Below are positions 13,999 through 28,112 of a DNA stretch of 64,000 nucleotides, one piece after another. Both the position numbers and the translations under genes were made by a program. A model generated the notes under the pieces. It had not been told where the DNA came from, did no database searches, and saw nothing but the letters and a program-made list of their open reading frames with translations. Numbering within the stretch: the first letter of the stretch is position 1; the number at the start of each line of letters is the position of its first letter. This stretch comes from Eledone cirrhosa (lineage: Eukaryota), in contig OZ024745.1 of assembly GCA_964016885.1 (NCBI GenBank), positions 57,908,001 through 57,972,000 of the forward strand. The letters run 5' to 3'.

Positions 13999-15223
13999 CA
14001 TGTGATTGTAAGTTCATTATTTACATCAACGTATCACCTAAGACTAGCAGTTTGAAATTGTGGTATACATCAGCAGCTCCGCTTGTATATTTGGGGTCTA
14101 TATTCTAAGGGGACTCTTTTATATTAGTTGCCGGAATTGTAAAAGGGATGGGTTATGGGGAGTTAAGAGAATTTGAAAATGTCCTGAGAGTCAGGGATTG
14201 AAGGTTAAAAATTAGATAATTTATAATTTACGTATTAAAAGTAAAAGACTTGGGATCTCGTAGAAGCACCTTAAAAAATCCCTCAATAAGTGCATAAAGC
14301 TTACAAGCCCCAATAAATTTAACAAACTAGAAGAGATTAAGAGACTAATAAAATAAAAAAATAAAGATATAAAGTTTCCCTAAAAACTATAAAGTTTCCC
14401 AAGAAGTTCCCTCGAGAGAAAAAAATTTCTTTCGAAAGAAGAAAACTTTCTTCCCCAGAGATCTCGTTAAAAAATTTCAGAAAATTTACGAAGTTTTGAT
14501 AATCCCTACTAAGTTGAAAGAAACTAATCAATTAAAGGTTAATTCAAAAAGCCTTCAATAAACCCCTCAGAAAAGGCCCCTTTAATATTTTTAATAGGAA
14601 CCTCCTCCGAGAGACCCTTCGAAAAATTAAAATTTTAGAGAGCCTTTAAGGATATATATAAAATTTTAATTGATTAGTTTCTTTCAACTTAGTAGGGATT
14701 ATCAAAACTTCGTAAATTTTCTGAAATTTTTTAACGAGATCTCTGGGGAAGAAAGTTTTTTTTCTTTCGAAAGAAATTTTTTTCTCTCGAGGGAACTTCT
14801 TGGGAAACTTTATTGTTTTTAGGGAAACTTTATAGTTTTTAGGGAAACTTTATATCTTTATTTTTTTATTTTATTAGTCTCTTAATCTCTTCTAGTTTGT
14901 TAAATTTATTGGGGCTTGTAAGCTTTATGCACTTATTGAGGGATTTTTTAAGGTGCTTCTACGAGATCCCAAGTCTTTTACTTTTAATACGTAAATTATA
15001 AATTATCTAATTTTTAACCTTCAATCCCTGACTCTCAGGACATTTTCAAATTCTCTTAACTCCCCATAACCCATCCCTTTTACAATTCTGACAACTAATA
15101 TAAAAGAGCCCCCTTAGAATATAGACCCCAAATATACAAGCGGAGCTGCTGATGTATACCACAATTTCAAACTGCTAGTCTTAAGTGATACGTTGATGTA
15201 AATAATGAACTTACAATCACATG

Positions 15224-15279
15224 TTATATGCCTTGAAAAGTCCCACCATATGGTCGGACGAAACGGCTGTCGGCAATAA
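15224..15279 (+). ncRNA. Type I hammerhead ribozyme, U3-A8 core variant (family D, right arm)
   Basis: TGCC-TTGAAAA-GTCC c ACC atat GGT c GGAC-GAAA-CGGCTG-TC^GGCA. The C3-G8 pair is replaced by the compensatory U3-A8. Confidence 0.8.
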
Positions 15280-15322
15280 ACTTGTTATAATGTCATAATA
15301 GTTCCTTTGTTCTTTTTCATTA

Positions 15323-15463
<141 letters not shown>

Positions 15464-15478
15464 TATATATATATATAT

Positions 15479-15561
<83 letters not shown>

Positions 15562-16039
15562 TATGTATTTATATTTTTTCTCTTCTTGGGGATATTGCAT
15601 AATGATCTTATATAGTTTATTTCTGTCAAAATGGAAGTCCTGTCGCTATCTGAAAATTAAATAGACCTATCTGTTTAAGAGGTATGGCAGACAAAGGTAG
15701 AATAACCTATATTTCACGTTTTTAAGCGATGAAAATATACGTAAAGAGGACACAGTATGGTCAGAAATTACTACAAAGCATCTCTCAATACAGGGCAAAC
15801 ACATCCAGGGACGGCAAAAGAAGTGTGTGTGTGTGTATGTGTGTGTGTATGTGTGTGTCTGTGTGTGTGTGTGTATGTGTGTGTCCTTGCCTGCGATTTA
15901 CAAATTACACTGCAATGTATTTCTAACGATATATATTGCCATATTTATTCTATACAGATGTAGACACAACCTTATATTTCTTGTTTTCTCGATAAGGCAA
16001 TAAGTCAGTAACTGACCCCTTAGGTCAGTTTTGCTATAA

Positions 16040-16430
16040 TTCGGGTAAAATTCCCGAGATCCGTGTGCGAGTTCACCGCTATGTCCTGCGTATCCGAGAG
16101 ACCAATGTCCTGTCCTTCAATCAATATATTTCATCTTCGGTCTCCGTCTAGTGTGTCCATGTAGGGGCTTCCACAGGACTACTGAGTGTAGTGTCAACTC
16201 TGAATGTCGGTGAGTATGTCCAGCTAACCTCAGTCTCCTCTGTGCTACTTTCGAGCTGATTTGGGGGAGGCTCGCGGAGAGCTCTGAGTTCTTCCCCGTC
16301 AGTGTTACTGATTAATTTTCAGAGTCACCCTCAACATTCTCGTGTAACACACATCCACAATCTGAGTGTCTCTTGGTCAGTGTCGAAATCTCGACCCGTA
16401 TAGCAGCACAGACACCACTGTAGATAGAAT
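16040..16430 (-). mobile_element. Decayed RTE-clade LINE 3' fragment (same family as 55053-55447)
   Basis: Shares CGGGTAAAATTCCCGAGATCC and CCATGTAGGGGCT.CCACAGGA with the 55 kb copy. Encodes VVSVLLYG. Confidence 0.7.
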
Positions 16431-16457
16431 ATTATATATATATATATATAAATAAAG

Positions 16458-16647
16458 GGCAGTGGATTGACAGTATCGGTAGAGGATCGGACGCCATGCT
16501 TTGACGCATAAAGTTACGGCCCTTGCCATTCTGAGTTCAAATCCCGCTGAGGTTAACTTTGCCATTCATCCTTACGGGGTCGATAAAATAAAGTACCAGT
16601 AATACACTGGATAATTGCTGGCCTCGTGCCAAAAGTGGAAACAATTA
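16458..16647 (+). mobile_element. tRNA-derived Meta-like SINE
   Basis: GTGGATTGACAGTATCGGTAGA..GAGTTCAAATCCC..TTCATCCTTACGGGGTCGATAAAATAAAGTACCAG..GAAACAATT. Confidence 0.85.
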
Positions 16648-17099
16648 TATATATATATATATATATATATTCTATTTTTTACAAATAACAAAATTGTATC
16701 TAGTATTGACATGAATGATAGGTTTATGATACTGTGGCAGTTGATAAAATCAACTATAGTACTGTACTTCAGTACTCAGTATTTTATCGATTTGGCTGGG
16801 TTTGGTGTGCTGAAATTAACCAATGCATTTAGTTGCCACCAGCTGAAGGTCTTAATCTTTAAAATAATAATGATCCGCAAATGATTTTTTTATCAATTCC
16901 TTTATATTTTTCTTTTAATATTAAAGTTCTAAGCTGTGAAAAATGTTTTCTCACTTGTAACACAAGAGCAATTTCTTTAATCCTTCAAATCTGAAGTGTT
17001 CTTTATAGGTTTTTCCTTTGAGACTGCAGCATTAAAAAGAAAACCGCAGCATAGTTTGTATTGATGTTTCACTCTAATGAATATGCAACATTAAAGAGA

Positions 17100-17137
<38 letters not shown>

Positions 17138-18359
17138 CAAAAATTAAAAGAAAAAAAAAACAGATTGAGAAGGAAAATAGTATTAGATATAAAATGTGAA
17201 AGGCTTTGATAGCTATATGTTTTATTGATATTCATTTGATCGAAAACCATAGCATAGCAAAGAAGTAAATGCCTAGATTTAATATCTCATTCTCGTGGAG
17301 ACAAGAAAGTAGCTGTAATTACGTCAGCAAGTCTAATTTCACATCACAAACTTCCTGCTAACTCCATTAACTGCGATGGCTTAGAGACGTTTTTTAGTCG
17401 GTGACATATTAACATGACGCCACCACATAGAATAAATTTGACAAAACAATTGACGCCGTACCATTTTGTGTTATTTCGTGCTTGCGTTATCATTTTTTTA
17501 ATTATTTCTAATCAATATTAACTGGTTATATATTTGAGAAAAGCGAGCTGTCAAATAATAGAATTTGTTTGTCAGGTAATTATTCAACACATTATTTTTT
17601 TCGACCTTTTGAAGATTGGAATTTTATTTAAACAATCAATCAGTAAATGCATTAGTGAAGGCATGAAACAAATGAATCTTACAATGTTGTTAGTCACCTT
17701 TCAACCTGGATGGGAAATACGGTTCGAGGATCATTTTTATACTATAATATTACAAGTAGTCTATATATGAGCCGACATGTGAGCCACAATGTGGTCGGTT
17801 TAACTATCAGAAACACCAACACACACTTCAATATATAATAAATGAATTACACAGCTTGGATAATTTAGGTCTAGATGCCAGTAAAGCAATGTGGTGATCT
17901 TGGTTGATTGATCTTATGTCTCATTGATTTTTATGTATGGTGGATCAGGTATTAATTGGGACTGAACCACAACAATTTTATTCATGATACTGTCAAAGTC
18001 TTTCACATATCCACGAAAGTAAATCCTTAGACTCGTCATCGGTGTTTTATCCGGGAGTCACTGTCCGTTTCCTTTACGTTATCGTACGGAGCCTACCAAA
18101 CCTCAGTCTGTGTCTAAGCGACGTATATACTATTTACCCAACCAGTTTCTTCTCTTAAACCGTTGGTCATTGAGTTGGCTTCAATGTGACATCCACGACG
18201 TTCTTGAAGGCCTTCGACCTGCCTGCACATATAATGACAACAGTTGTCTGTGGGTGTGTGTGTGTGAGTGTGTGTGTATGTGTGCGTGTGTATTTGTTTC
18301 AGATGCTTTCTTTATTGCGTAATTCCCTGAGCATAATATTCTTCGAGTAAAAGAATACC

Positions 18360-18630
18360 TTGCTCATTAAATTAACACGTAAGTTGCTTAACGTTCCACA
18401 GACACGTGTAACATTAAAGTGATTTTCTTGATGGTTAAGCATGAAGAAGTAAGTGACAATAGTGGACTTTCAATAACAGGTACGGTCCAATTCACGGGCT
18501 GAAACAAAGTTTCCATCTACTCATTTAATTCTACATGCATGGGTCGAACCGAGGTTATGACAAATACTACGTTTCCAATGCCATTGCTGCGGGCTCTACA
18601 CCTAATCGTTGCAAAACGAACATATTAACA
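18360..18630 (-). mobile_element. Decayed SINE related to 44981-45195
   Basis: CCACAGACACGTGTAACATTAA..GTGACAA..ACAGGTAC is the reverse-complement homologue of GTACCTGT..TTGTCAC..TTAAGTGTACATGTGTCTGTG. Confidence 0.5.
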
Positions 18631-20379
18631 TATTTTGGAGAGTGGGATTAATTCTTTGTAACTGAGTATATACATTTAATTCTTCATGACTTGAGCTTCT
18701 GAATTCTTCAGCTATTCCATAAGAGGCCCATTGATACAATTACTTCATAATTCATTTTTTTTGTTCAATAGAATATATTCAATTTTATCAATATCATTGA
18801 ATTATTCCTACTGTATTGCTCTATGTATTTTAAAATCCCAATTATATGCTAGAAAATGAAATGTTACTCGATACGATTTCCTGTGAGCATTATTCTTTCT
18901 TGAGAATAGTCTAATGTGGCATATATCGGAAAGGTTTTTTCTCACCTAGCTTCATTCCATTTCGGGGAGATAATTTTTGTGCATTAGACAATAGAAACAT
19001 ATGCAGCAAAAAAAGCAACATATTATTATATGGTGATATTATCAAGGTTGGAAAATGTGATGAGAAAAAGAATTACAGTTAAACCAAGAATGTCATTTCA
19101 AATAAACTGTCTATGATATGATTATATTATCATTTCTTATTCTTTTAATATATAGTGGATTCATTGAACAATATCTAGAATCCTTTATTGACGATTGAAT
19201 AGGAAATATTGTTTACGAAGAGTTGGTGATATTATGAATTTGGTGAATTTAGTGAAATTGCTCTCATCCATGCTCAGAAAACGCTTTGTCGAATAAACGT
19301 GTTTTACACCGATATGGGCAGTGAGTTTAAATCTTTGTGAAGAATATGCTATGAATGGTAGATTATTGAGTTTCCATTTAAAAACTAACTCCCAGGGAAG
19401 CGTAGTTGATGTCACATAGTCCTCTCTATTACTGGTATTTAATCAAAACTCATGCCCAATATCTTTCACAACCAGGGTCATCAGAGGAATGATTTAAACT
19501 AAAAAAGTTATGATGCGATAAATATTTTAATACAATTACTATTTCATCAAACCTAAGCCTCTTCTAAACCTAAAGCTATTTTTACATGGAAAGCAAGGGT
19601 ATAGCATTGAAATGGTAGAGGAGTAAATGCAGTTACTCGAACAAAGTATTTAACCATAAATGATATTCATATTTAGAAGTTTACTATTTTTCTACAAAAC
19701 ACAGTGAAGACATTTTAATACGATATTTATTGTGGTTGGCACTCAGAGATGCAGGCCAAATCACTGATCTATTATGAATGATTGGATGAATCTAAACAAC
19801 ATCATATTAAATAAGATTAATTCTAATTGAATAAATCAGAAACATATTTGTATTAGCTAATGGCTGTTTTGTAGCTACTCATTGTTATATCATTTGGAAT
19901 GTAAAATTTAACAGCCTAATATAAAATACTAAATGTATTTGTGACGTGTTATTATAGATTTTGCGGGGTTTTCATTTCTTTATCAAATGCATAGTGGGAA
20001 TCGACGTAAATTATTCATAGTTCAAGACCAATGAATTATGTTATTCTGCAAATTTGTGACTATGTGTTCTCTCTGTTCATATTAATATTAATATAAATAT
20101 AGATTACAATTGAATAATTAAGTTTTGTTTAACGTTTCCATTGCTAAATTGTTAAAGTGCGATTGTAATAAAACCTGAGATCTCTATTATATTAATGTCT
20201 CCGAAAAACTCTATATCATTTGACGCTAACTTTATTGCTGGTTGAATTCTACATCATATGGAGGTCTATGAATGTCTGGCAGCACTAAGCTTTTAGTGTC
20301 CAACAGCAATTCCAAGCCTGTAGATTTTTTCTCAAACAAAAGTGCTAACCAGTAGCACAGCCAGAACAGGGTTTTCTGG

Positions 20380-21060
20380 AAATTATCCATAGTTCCCAAC
20401 CTTTTGTCCCAACACCTTGACCAAAATCTTAAACTCTATATTATGTATAGTTAATGGCCGAAAGTTCTCCATAATTTCCTCGTTTTCCGCATCTTTCCAC
20501 ACGAGTACTACTATTTTACGAGCTATAGAACTGGGAATTCTCCCGTTCAGCTGTCTGTTAGACAGCAGAGAGGACATGTTTGAATATGTTTGGCATATCT
20601 AGATAAAACACGTAGAATAGACCATCCGAAACGGGCAATCAGTGATCCGTAAAATTACTCAAGCCAGCATGTTTTCCAGGTATTGTTATCAACTTTTCAT
20701 AGTGCTCGCATCTTTCAACGGGTGTCCAGGTAGGCCGTCGAGGTAGAAACTATATTCCGCAACTCTCTCTGTTCACTCACTTCATTTAAATAGTTGTGCA
20801 AATTGCCACTGGAAAGCCCCATAGTCATCTGTCATAAACGATTTGTGGTTTAGTTTCTATGTTGCGGTTATGCTAATCGGGACCATCGAACAGCATTCGT
20901 TACCTCGTGTCTCTGAGTACGTGTTTTAGCTCTGATACTACACCCATTGTATTTCCCTATGAAAAAATGACCTAGTACATCGGTTGCAATATCACTCTTA
21001 ATCTCTTCTACTTTAGCGTTAACTAACATTCTAGTAACTGGCTCCCTGTCTACGCGTACT
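20380..21060 (-). mobile_element. Decayed Tx1/L1-group LINE, RT N-terminal fragment
   Basis: GRIPSSIARKIVVLVWKD..MENFRPLTIHNIEFKILVKVL matches the L1/Tx1 N(W/F)RPI.L.N.DYKI..K motif. Confidence 0.65.
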
Positions 21061-21269
21061 AGGTACGGGGCGTCGACGAAATCAAATTAACTTCCGGAGA
21101 ACTATGGACAACTTCACAGAAATCCCTGTGTTGACAGTGTTACCTGGGGGCACTGTCTCTACAAGCATGGAAGTGATGTCAGATGGACATATCTAAGATG
21201 CATGTAGAACAACGAAACTATTAATGTCCGTGAATGATTGAATTGTGGAATTTATTCGAACAGCTATTA

Positions 21270-21450
21270 TCAAGTGTGTGACGAATCTGGCTATCGACCG
21301 AGTCAATCGCAAAGATCACCACATTGGCTTCTTTGGGTCGCAAAAAGTAGGCAGTTGTCCTCTGCACAGTGGCTGTGGCGAAAGACGTTCTGCGGTTGAC
21401 GTGGTTGAAGGAATTGAAGAAAGACTTGTTCCTCTACGTCCGTGCCCACA
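21270..21450 (+). mobile_element. Decayed Tx1/L1-group LINE C-terminal fragment
   Basis: Nucleotide homologue of 52665-52830 (TGGCTATCGACCGAGTC..GGCAGTTGTCCTCTGC..GGCGAAAGA). Confidence 0.6.
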
Positions 21451-21760
21451 TCAACTATGTGCTGCAGCATAATAAACTTCTCGGGTTTACTTTCTTGATA
21501 TCACGGTATGAAAGTAATGTAACTTGTAGATAAAAGTAATGTTCTCCTACATATTTAACTCATAAGAAGTTGGCCTTTTTCTACTGCTAGCGACCAAAAC
21601 AATAAGAAAACAAAATGGAACGATATGCCAATGAACACCCCATTTTAACGCTATTGTCAAGTAAAACTGGAACTTCAAAAGATACGTAAGGGACGTACGA
21701 AAACTAAAGGGGGTGGGAATATGATGCAAACATATTTGCGACGGCTGGGATAAATACTAA

Positions 21761-21953
21761 ATAATTGTTTCTACTTGTGGCACAAGGCCAGCAATTATCC
21801 CTGTGTATTACTGGTATTTTATTTTATCGACCCCATAAGGATGAAAGGCAAAGTTAACCTCGGCAGGATTTGAACTCAGACCATAATGGGCCGTAACTCT
21901 TTGCTGCAAAGCATGGCGTCCGACCCTCTATCGATACTGCCAATCCACCGCCG
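21761..21953 (-). mobile_element. tRNA-derived Meta-like SINE
   Basis: Full-length reverse-complement match to the SINE consensus seen at 16458. Confidence 0.85.
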
Positions 21954-23456
21954 GTAAATATCAATATGACAGAAAATTAAATAGAATAACATAAAAGAAT
22001 AATTTAAGCAAAATAACCGATTAAACATGGAAAAGCTTGCGTAATACAGGCCAATAAAAGCATCACAGCAGAAGCCACCGCATAACAAATATATCCAACA
22101 TCATACAAGAGAAGGACAGCCATCCAGCTGAAAAAGCTACACGTACGATAAACGAATATTCAACATACAATGAATACACTACATAATCCACCACAATAGA
22201 ATTCTCCATGGAAACATTCAACTAGTCCAGAAATATATACCATAAACCCCACACTTATAAGAACAATAAACAAAATAAAATACACATCGCGATATAACCA
22301 CTAAAGTTGACATTGAGGAAGTACCCAAATAAGAAAAATAAAGAAAATACAGGCAAAGAAAAATCGATAAACATGCATCAACATAAACATCTGCCTACGT
22401 TACATTCGAACAGGCGGCTCTATGAAAGAATAGACAATTGTAACAGGATATTGCAAGAAAGGATGTCAAAAAAAGCATATTGCACAAATATAAACAGATT
22501 GAATTATCTAATCTTTTCAGTAACAGTGGTATTCATATATTCGTAGTTATGCACAAACTCACTATTATTATACATTTCAATAAGTTCCTAAATATTATTC
22601 CTTATATTAGTATTCTGTTTGACGTATCTAATATGCAAGGAATTACATTGTGTCTCACACCAAATGTTGCTGTTTGCTGTTTTATATATGAAATCAGCGT
22701 TATCTACTATCGGATAATTACTGGTATTAGAACTACCTTATTTTCATTAGAACTCGGTACTATACTGAGTCAATGAAATACGATGGAGATTATTAAATGG
22801 GGTAGCACTTCTTGCTAGAATTAGGAGTCAAATTAAAAACAAACTACATGCAGACTTCGAAACAAAAAGCACATTAGATATGACTTTTCACGTCTGAATA
22901 TATCTACATAATTATCATTCCAGTGCTAGAATAATATGCATCCTAGCTCGTATAAGTTACAGCTGACCCGGTTCTAAACAATTCTGTATAAGTATACATA
23001 GAATCCTACGGTTTACACCTATTTTGCTGTGTTATTTTCATATAATTTTATACATTGTAGATGGTAATATTAGCCATATGTATATAAACGAAATAAAAGG
23101 ATATCTCAGTTTATATAATACTGGAGATGAAGAACACTAAAAAACAAATTCATCTGTTGAACCGTGAAATGAAAGGTATATCAAGGTATAACACATCCTA
23201 GGATTTGGTTTGAAGTTTATAATAACGAAACGAAAACCGCTAGCAAGTACAGAGATCACGTAAAAATTATCAAAAGCAGAATATATATTATTAGTAGTAT
23301 CCCATTGTTCTCTGCGATTCTTTGAAAAATGGCAGATGGCTATAAAGATAAATAAACACATATATGTATAATACATGTATTAATATTATATTATATATAT
23401 ATATACATAATTATATATACACACACACACACACACAAACATACACCCCCATACAT

Positions 23457-23502
<46 letters not shown>

Positions 23503-23779
23503 GCTTACTCCCACATCCATGTGTGTGGTACATGAAGGATTCTTATTACATACATATAAAACATGAAGATAAAAAGCCACATGTACATATATGCATGAAA
23601 TACCCAAAATATTCACGCATTCTACAATGAAAGGAACATCAATGAGAATTGAAAGGTAAAAACATAGTAGTTATCCTGAATCAAGCAGCAGGTTAGGAAC
23701 GACAAGCTAATGGAAATACAAATGCAGAGACAGCACATCCTTGGATCCGAGAATAAAATGTATATATGAATGATTTCAT

Positions 23780-24070
23780 GCCAATCAGTCAAATGTTCTC
23801 TATTTAGAAGCGGTGTGTGACTGTTGCGTGTGAAACAGCAGCATCGTTCCATATTTGGGAGAAGTACTCCATCTTTGATGAAATTCTTACTTGAATTTTA
23901 TAGCATTACTAGTAGCTGGGAGTGAAGAAGAGGGCAAGCCTTTCAAATCTACTCTTTGTTTTGTAGTAGATGTGCGTTTTCCAAGGAAGTTTCTCTATGA
24001 TGACGAGGTATGGCATTTACAATGATTGCGATGTGTGTAACTATGAGCTACTCATGTTAAAGAGGATACT
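23780..24070 (-). mobile_element. Ancient CR1/Jockey-group LINE remnant
   Basis: Reverse complement translates to YKIQVRISSKMEYFSQIWNDAAVSH, resembling the LYK.QVRP.MEY.S.IW C-terminal RT motif. Confidence 0.45.
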
Positions 24071-25984
24071 TTACAAATTGGGTTATTTATATGATCAGTG
24101 AACCTTTTTTTAAATTCTATTTATTCATTTATGTATTCTTTGGTTGGGGGCTGTTTAGAAAGAGTATGTGCGTAATGTTCGCGTGAGTGTACGCTCAGAT
24201 TGAAGAGTAGTGTCATATAGCTATGTTTGATTAATAATGGAAGTGACAAGCTGATATACATGAAAGTGATTTGTGGGAATATAGTATACATCAAAGGCAG
24301 CACTATCAGGACTTCTTATGATAATGCAATTTGATTAAAGTTATGAAAGCAATTTAGCTGTTATTGCTAACAGCTCAAGCATGCACGTAGATTCACTGTT
24401 TTGCTTTTTGTTGGTGTGTCCAGCAATTCTTTCTTCAAAAGAACCATAACAATGTTCATTTGCCATGAGAAGTGACGATTGTAATATCAGAAACACTTGG
24501 CATTTGTCTGAGCGTGTAGAAGAGACAGAATAAAGGTTGTAGGTAAGATTTTACAATAGATTGTACTTTCCAATGTGATAGGTGACTTGGGGACATTTTG
24601 GCAGCTATTTCTTGTAGAACTTACAAAATCGTTTATATACCCTGCTTATATAATTTGACAATGTAAGCACTGAGGTTTATCAATCGTTTGCATTTCTGTA
24701 AGTAATTTACTCCAGTGATGAGGCTTGCGAGAGATACATAGTGAAACTCTTCGTAGGTGCTTGATGTAAGAATAGTAGGCAAAGTACCTCGAATTATACT
24801 CTAATCTCTTTATAAAATTAAGAACCAATCACATTAATAAGTATTAAATAAAAAGAGACAGTATAGCTGGGACAACGTTGATTATATTGACAACATATTT
24901 GAAACTCGTATATCACATGTGCGTAGAAATGTATTTACTATGATTTTAGTACTCCAACTATTGATGCTAAATCATGGCAGTGTGATGTTTATATTAGTTC
25001 AATGAAATAATGATTTATTTCATCCGCATTCGTCTGCAGGTGATATGGTATGACAGAATCTATTAAATAAGACAGATATGATGTATTTGTGTTACATAGT
25101 AGCTCAACGATTTAGAAATAGTCCGAACATATTTAAATAACTAATTAGGAAATGCAGCACTTAAACAGTGTACTTGTACAAAGAGCTACATTAGACCCGG
25201 CCGTCATATCGCGATTTACATTTTTTTTATTTTAATTTTGTATTAGTTTGGCTAAAAAGAAGTTGTGCTGATAGCCACTGCAGACACTCTGTAAAACGTA
25301 AAGTGTATAGGGTTAATGATCCTCATGAAGTGATGGGTGCAGAAAAAAGATAGGCCAGGAGAAGATTTCAGAAGGCATGAGGAAGGTGTAGTTGTTTGTG
25401 CAGTGATTGAGAAAAAAACACAATATAAAGTATGAGATGAGGAGAGACATGAAAATCGGCAATGACAGTATGAAATCTGTGCGTGAAAAGCCAACTGAAA
25501 AGAACAAAGACCATTGTAACAGTGGTTGAAAAGGTAGATTGAAAGCTGTGACAGCATAAGCTATGTTTGCAATTGATTCCATACCAATCAGTTTAGTGAT
25601 TATTTGAAGATGTAGTCTACAATATCTGCATATGTAGCATAAACAAAGTCCCAAATGTGAGTTTACACTCTTTTGAGTTCTACTATTGTATGAAAGGGTG
25701 TGCATGATAAGCAATAGGGTATTTTCTAAACTGTCACCAATCATAACAGGACGAATTTGCCCGTGTTTACAATGAGGACGGAATAACGTGAGATACATTA
25801 TAGGTTAATCAAATTGTATATTGTCCTTTCTGTTTATGTTACTGAATCCAATGAGGAATCCACGCGACAGTGTGAAAGGAAATGAAAATAAGTAAGAAGG
25901 AAGCTTTTTATATTCATAATAATATTGGGGCTAATTAGAGAAAAAATGTTATGAATGAAATTTATTACAAGAATTCCTCTTTAC

Positions 25985-26180
25985 TTATTTAGGCAAAAGG
26001 GCACCAATTTTGGGAGATGGAAAGTAGGTTAAATGAACCCCAGTGCGTCACTGGCACTTTATTTTATCGACTCCGTAAGGATGAAAGGCTGAGCTAAACT
26101 TGAAAGGCGAGATGTAAACTCAGAACGTAACCATATGCCGCAAAGCATATTGGCCGATGCTCTATCGAACTCGCGACTCC
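25985..26180 (-). mobile_element. Diverged Meta-like SINE
   Basis: CTGGCACTTTATTTTATCGACTCCGTAAGGATGAAAGG core. Confidence 0.65.
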
Positions 26181-26228
26181 AATGCCCCGGTTACCTACCT
26201 AACAAGAACACTGAAGTGAAAGCTAACT

Positions 26229-26382
<154 letters not shown>

Positions 26383-26484
26383 GGTATTGGGCTTATGACC
26401 CTATCAAAGTATATATGTATGTTTCAACACAGGATATCATGTAAAGAATCTTGGAAAATAAATACAAAAACTATATATATATAT

Positions 26485-26694
26485 ATTTCGTTTCTGAATT
26501 TGTTTAGCAAGATTCTTTATCTCAAAACGTGTGTTGAAACCGATATTGTTATACTTTGGGAGGGTCATGTTGCCAATAAGAAACACACGCACCAGTTACA
26601 TTCACTTCAATTTATTATAAATTAAATTTATAAATTAAAGTGAAAGCAACTGGTGCGTGGGTTTCTTATTGGCAACATGACCCTCCCAAAGTAT

Positions 26695-26702
<8 letters not shown>
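26485..26702. mobile_element. Solo fold-back of the PLE family E 3' terminus in (TA)n
   Basis: 26485-26620 is the reverse complement of ~31345-31485. 26630-26702 matches 3010-3080 and ends at the same AAGTATAACAAT-(AT)n junction. Confidence 0.85.
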
Positions 26703-26732
<30 letters not shown>

Positions 26733-26734
<2 letters not shown>

Positions 26735-26889
26735 CGAAGGAATTGTGGTAAGGAACAAGATGGGCCATAAAGCACCAGAGTACTCAATACTTAGGGTAGA
26801 AGAGTGGGTAATAGGAAAAAAGTATGACCCCGACGGCAGAGTTCAAGCCGTTTCGACGGCTATTTCTGGACTCAGTCCAGGAATAGCCG

Positions 26890-26893
<4 letters not shown>
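26733..26893 (-). mobile_element. Family B element end with hairpin fold-back at HHR stem II
   Basis: Starts (TA)n-AACGAAGG and ends TCGACGGCTATTTCTGGACT-C-AGTCCAGGAATAGCCGTCGA-(TA)n. Confidence 0.75.
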
Positions 26894-26950
<57 letters not shown>

Positions 26951-27365
26951 AGGGGGTGTCCACGCGCAAGCATGTGCAGCTTGCGTGTGCGCTAGCATGT
27001 GCGTATGTGTGGCCGTATGAGTGTGGGAGGTTGTATATAAGTATGTATGTATATTAATACATTGAAAGATTCAATCGAATTCAGAATGGGTTATGATAAT
27101 ATATGTACACTGAAGCAAAACATTTGAATAAAAGGCCTAAACAATCACAGTGCTGCATTCGACGATTTCTAAATATAAATGAAGAAAAGACAGTCCAGTA
27201 GTCAAATTTATTTATATTAATATTTACAATAGAATGCATTATGTTTACATATTGAATTCGGTCGCGTGCAGTATTGTAATCGCTACATTGCTGTATTCGC
27301 CTGGATAATACCGGAATAAAAAGAACAGAGCTGAAACTCACAAACATATTTATATATATATATAT

Positions 27366-27410
<45 letters not shown>

Positions 27411-27457
27411 GAGAGAGATTTTCTTGGGAAATAGTATATATATATATTTCTTTATAT

Positions 27458-27699
27458 TTAGTTATGTAATAAACAACATCAGATAATTATTTCATTTACC
27501 AGTGGTTTCTTGAAAGCAGATGTTGTATTTATTTACAGTCGTCAGAATCAGTTTCTGACGACTGAAAACAGATACATCTGCTTTCAAGAAACCACTGGTA
27601 AATGAAATAATTATCTTATGTTGTTTATTACATAAGTAATAAGCTCTGTAGCCTACATAGAGCACTCTTTTTTCCTCTACCTTTCCGACGGAATTATTT

Positions 27700-27700
<1 letters not shown>
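27458..27700 (+). mobile_element. Family G HHR element end with ~90 bp fold-back
   Basis: Inverted arms ~27458-27547 and ~27553-27640. HHR at 27553-27606: CTGACGA-C-TGAAA a CAGAT ac ATCTG c TTTCA-A-GAAA-CCACTGG-TA^AATGAA. The 5' strand of stem I is lost at the inversion centre. Confidence 0.7.
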
Positions 27701-27740
<40 letters not shown>

Positions 27741-27742
<2 letters not shown>

Positions 27743-27860
27743 CGAAGGAAATGTGGTAAGGAACCAGATAGACCATAATGCACCAGAGTACTCAATACTT
27801 AGTGTAGTAGAGTGGGTAATAGGAAAAAGTATGACCCCGACGGCAGAACTCAACCCGTTT
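27741..27860 (-). mobile_element. Family B element end truncated at the HHR GAAA
   Basis: (TA)n-AACGAAGG...GACCCCGACGGCAGAACTCAACCCGTTT-(TA)n. Confidence 0.75.
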
Positions 27861-28064
27861 TATATATATATATAATAAAAATAATAATAATATTATTATT
27901 TATAGTTATGTATACACTATATGCAACTATAAACAGGAAAGGTCAGTAATGCATTACCACCGTATTACCAGTAAGAAAAATAGCTCAATGTAAATACATC
28001 ACATGTTTTACAGAGCAGGAATATAAATTACACAATAATCAAAGCTATGTTCAAATCATTTTAT

Positions 28065-28112
28065 TGCTGACAATCGTTTCTTTCGAACTTTCGTTTGGAT
28101 TTCATCGGAGCA
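28065..28112 (-). ncRNA. Decayed type I hammerhead ribozyme (family H)
   Basis: Reverse complement reads TGCT-CCGATGA-(AATCCAAAC gaaa GTTCGAAA)-GAAA-CGATTG-TC^AGCA. The core has U4C and stem II is imperfect. Confidence 0.55.

Noticed and set aside
19185-19500. Possible host exon (complex sequence, 76-aa ORF); likewise 38400-38570 and 49650-49700
   Set aside because: No recognisable domain or convincing splice-site pair; needs RNA-seq.
22150-22500. Possible ancient PLE RT remnant (IEFSME-, YHKP-like words)
   Set aside because: Too degraded to support without an alignment.
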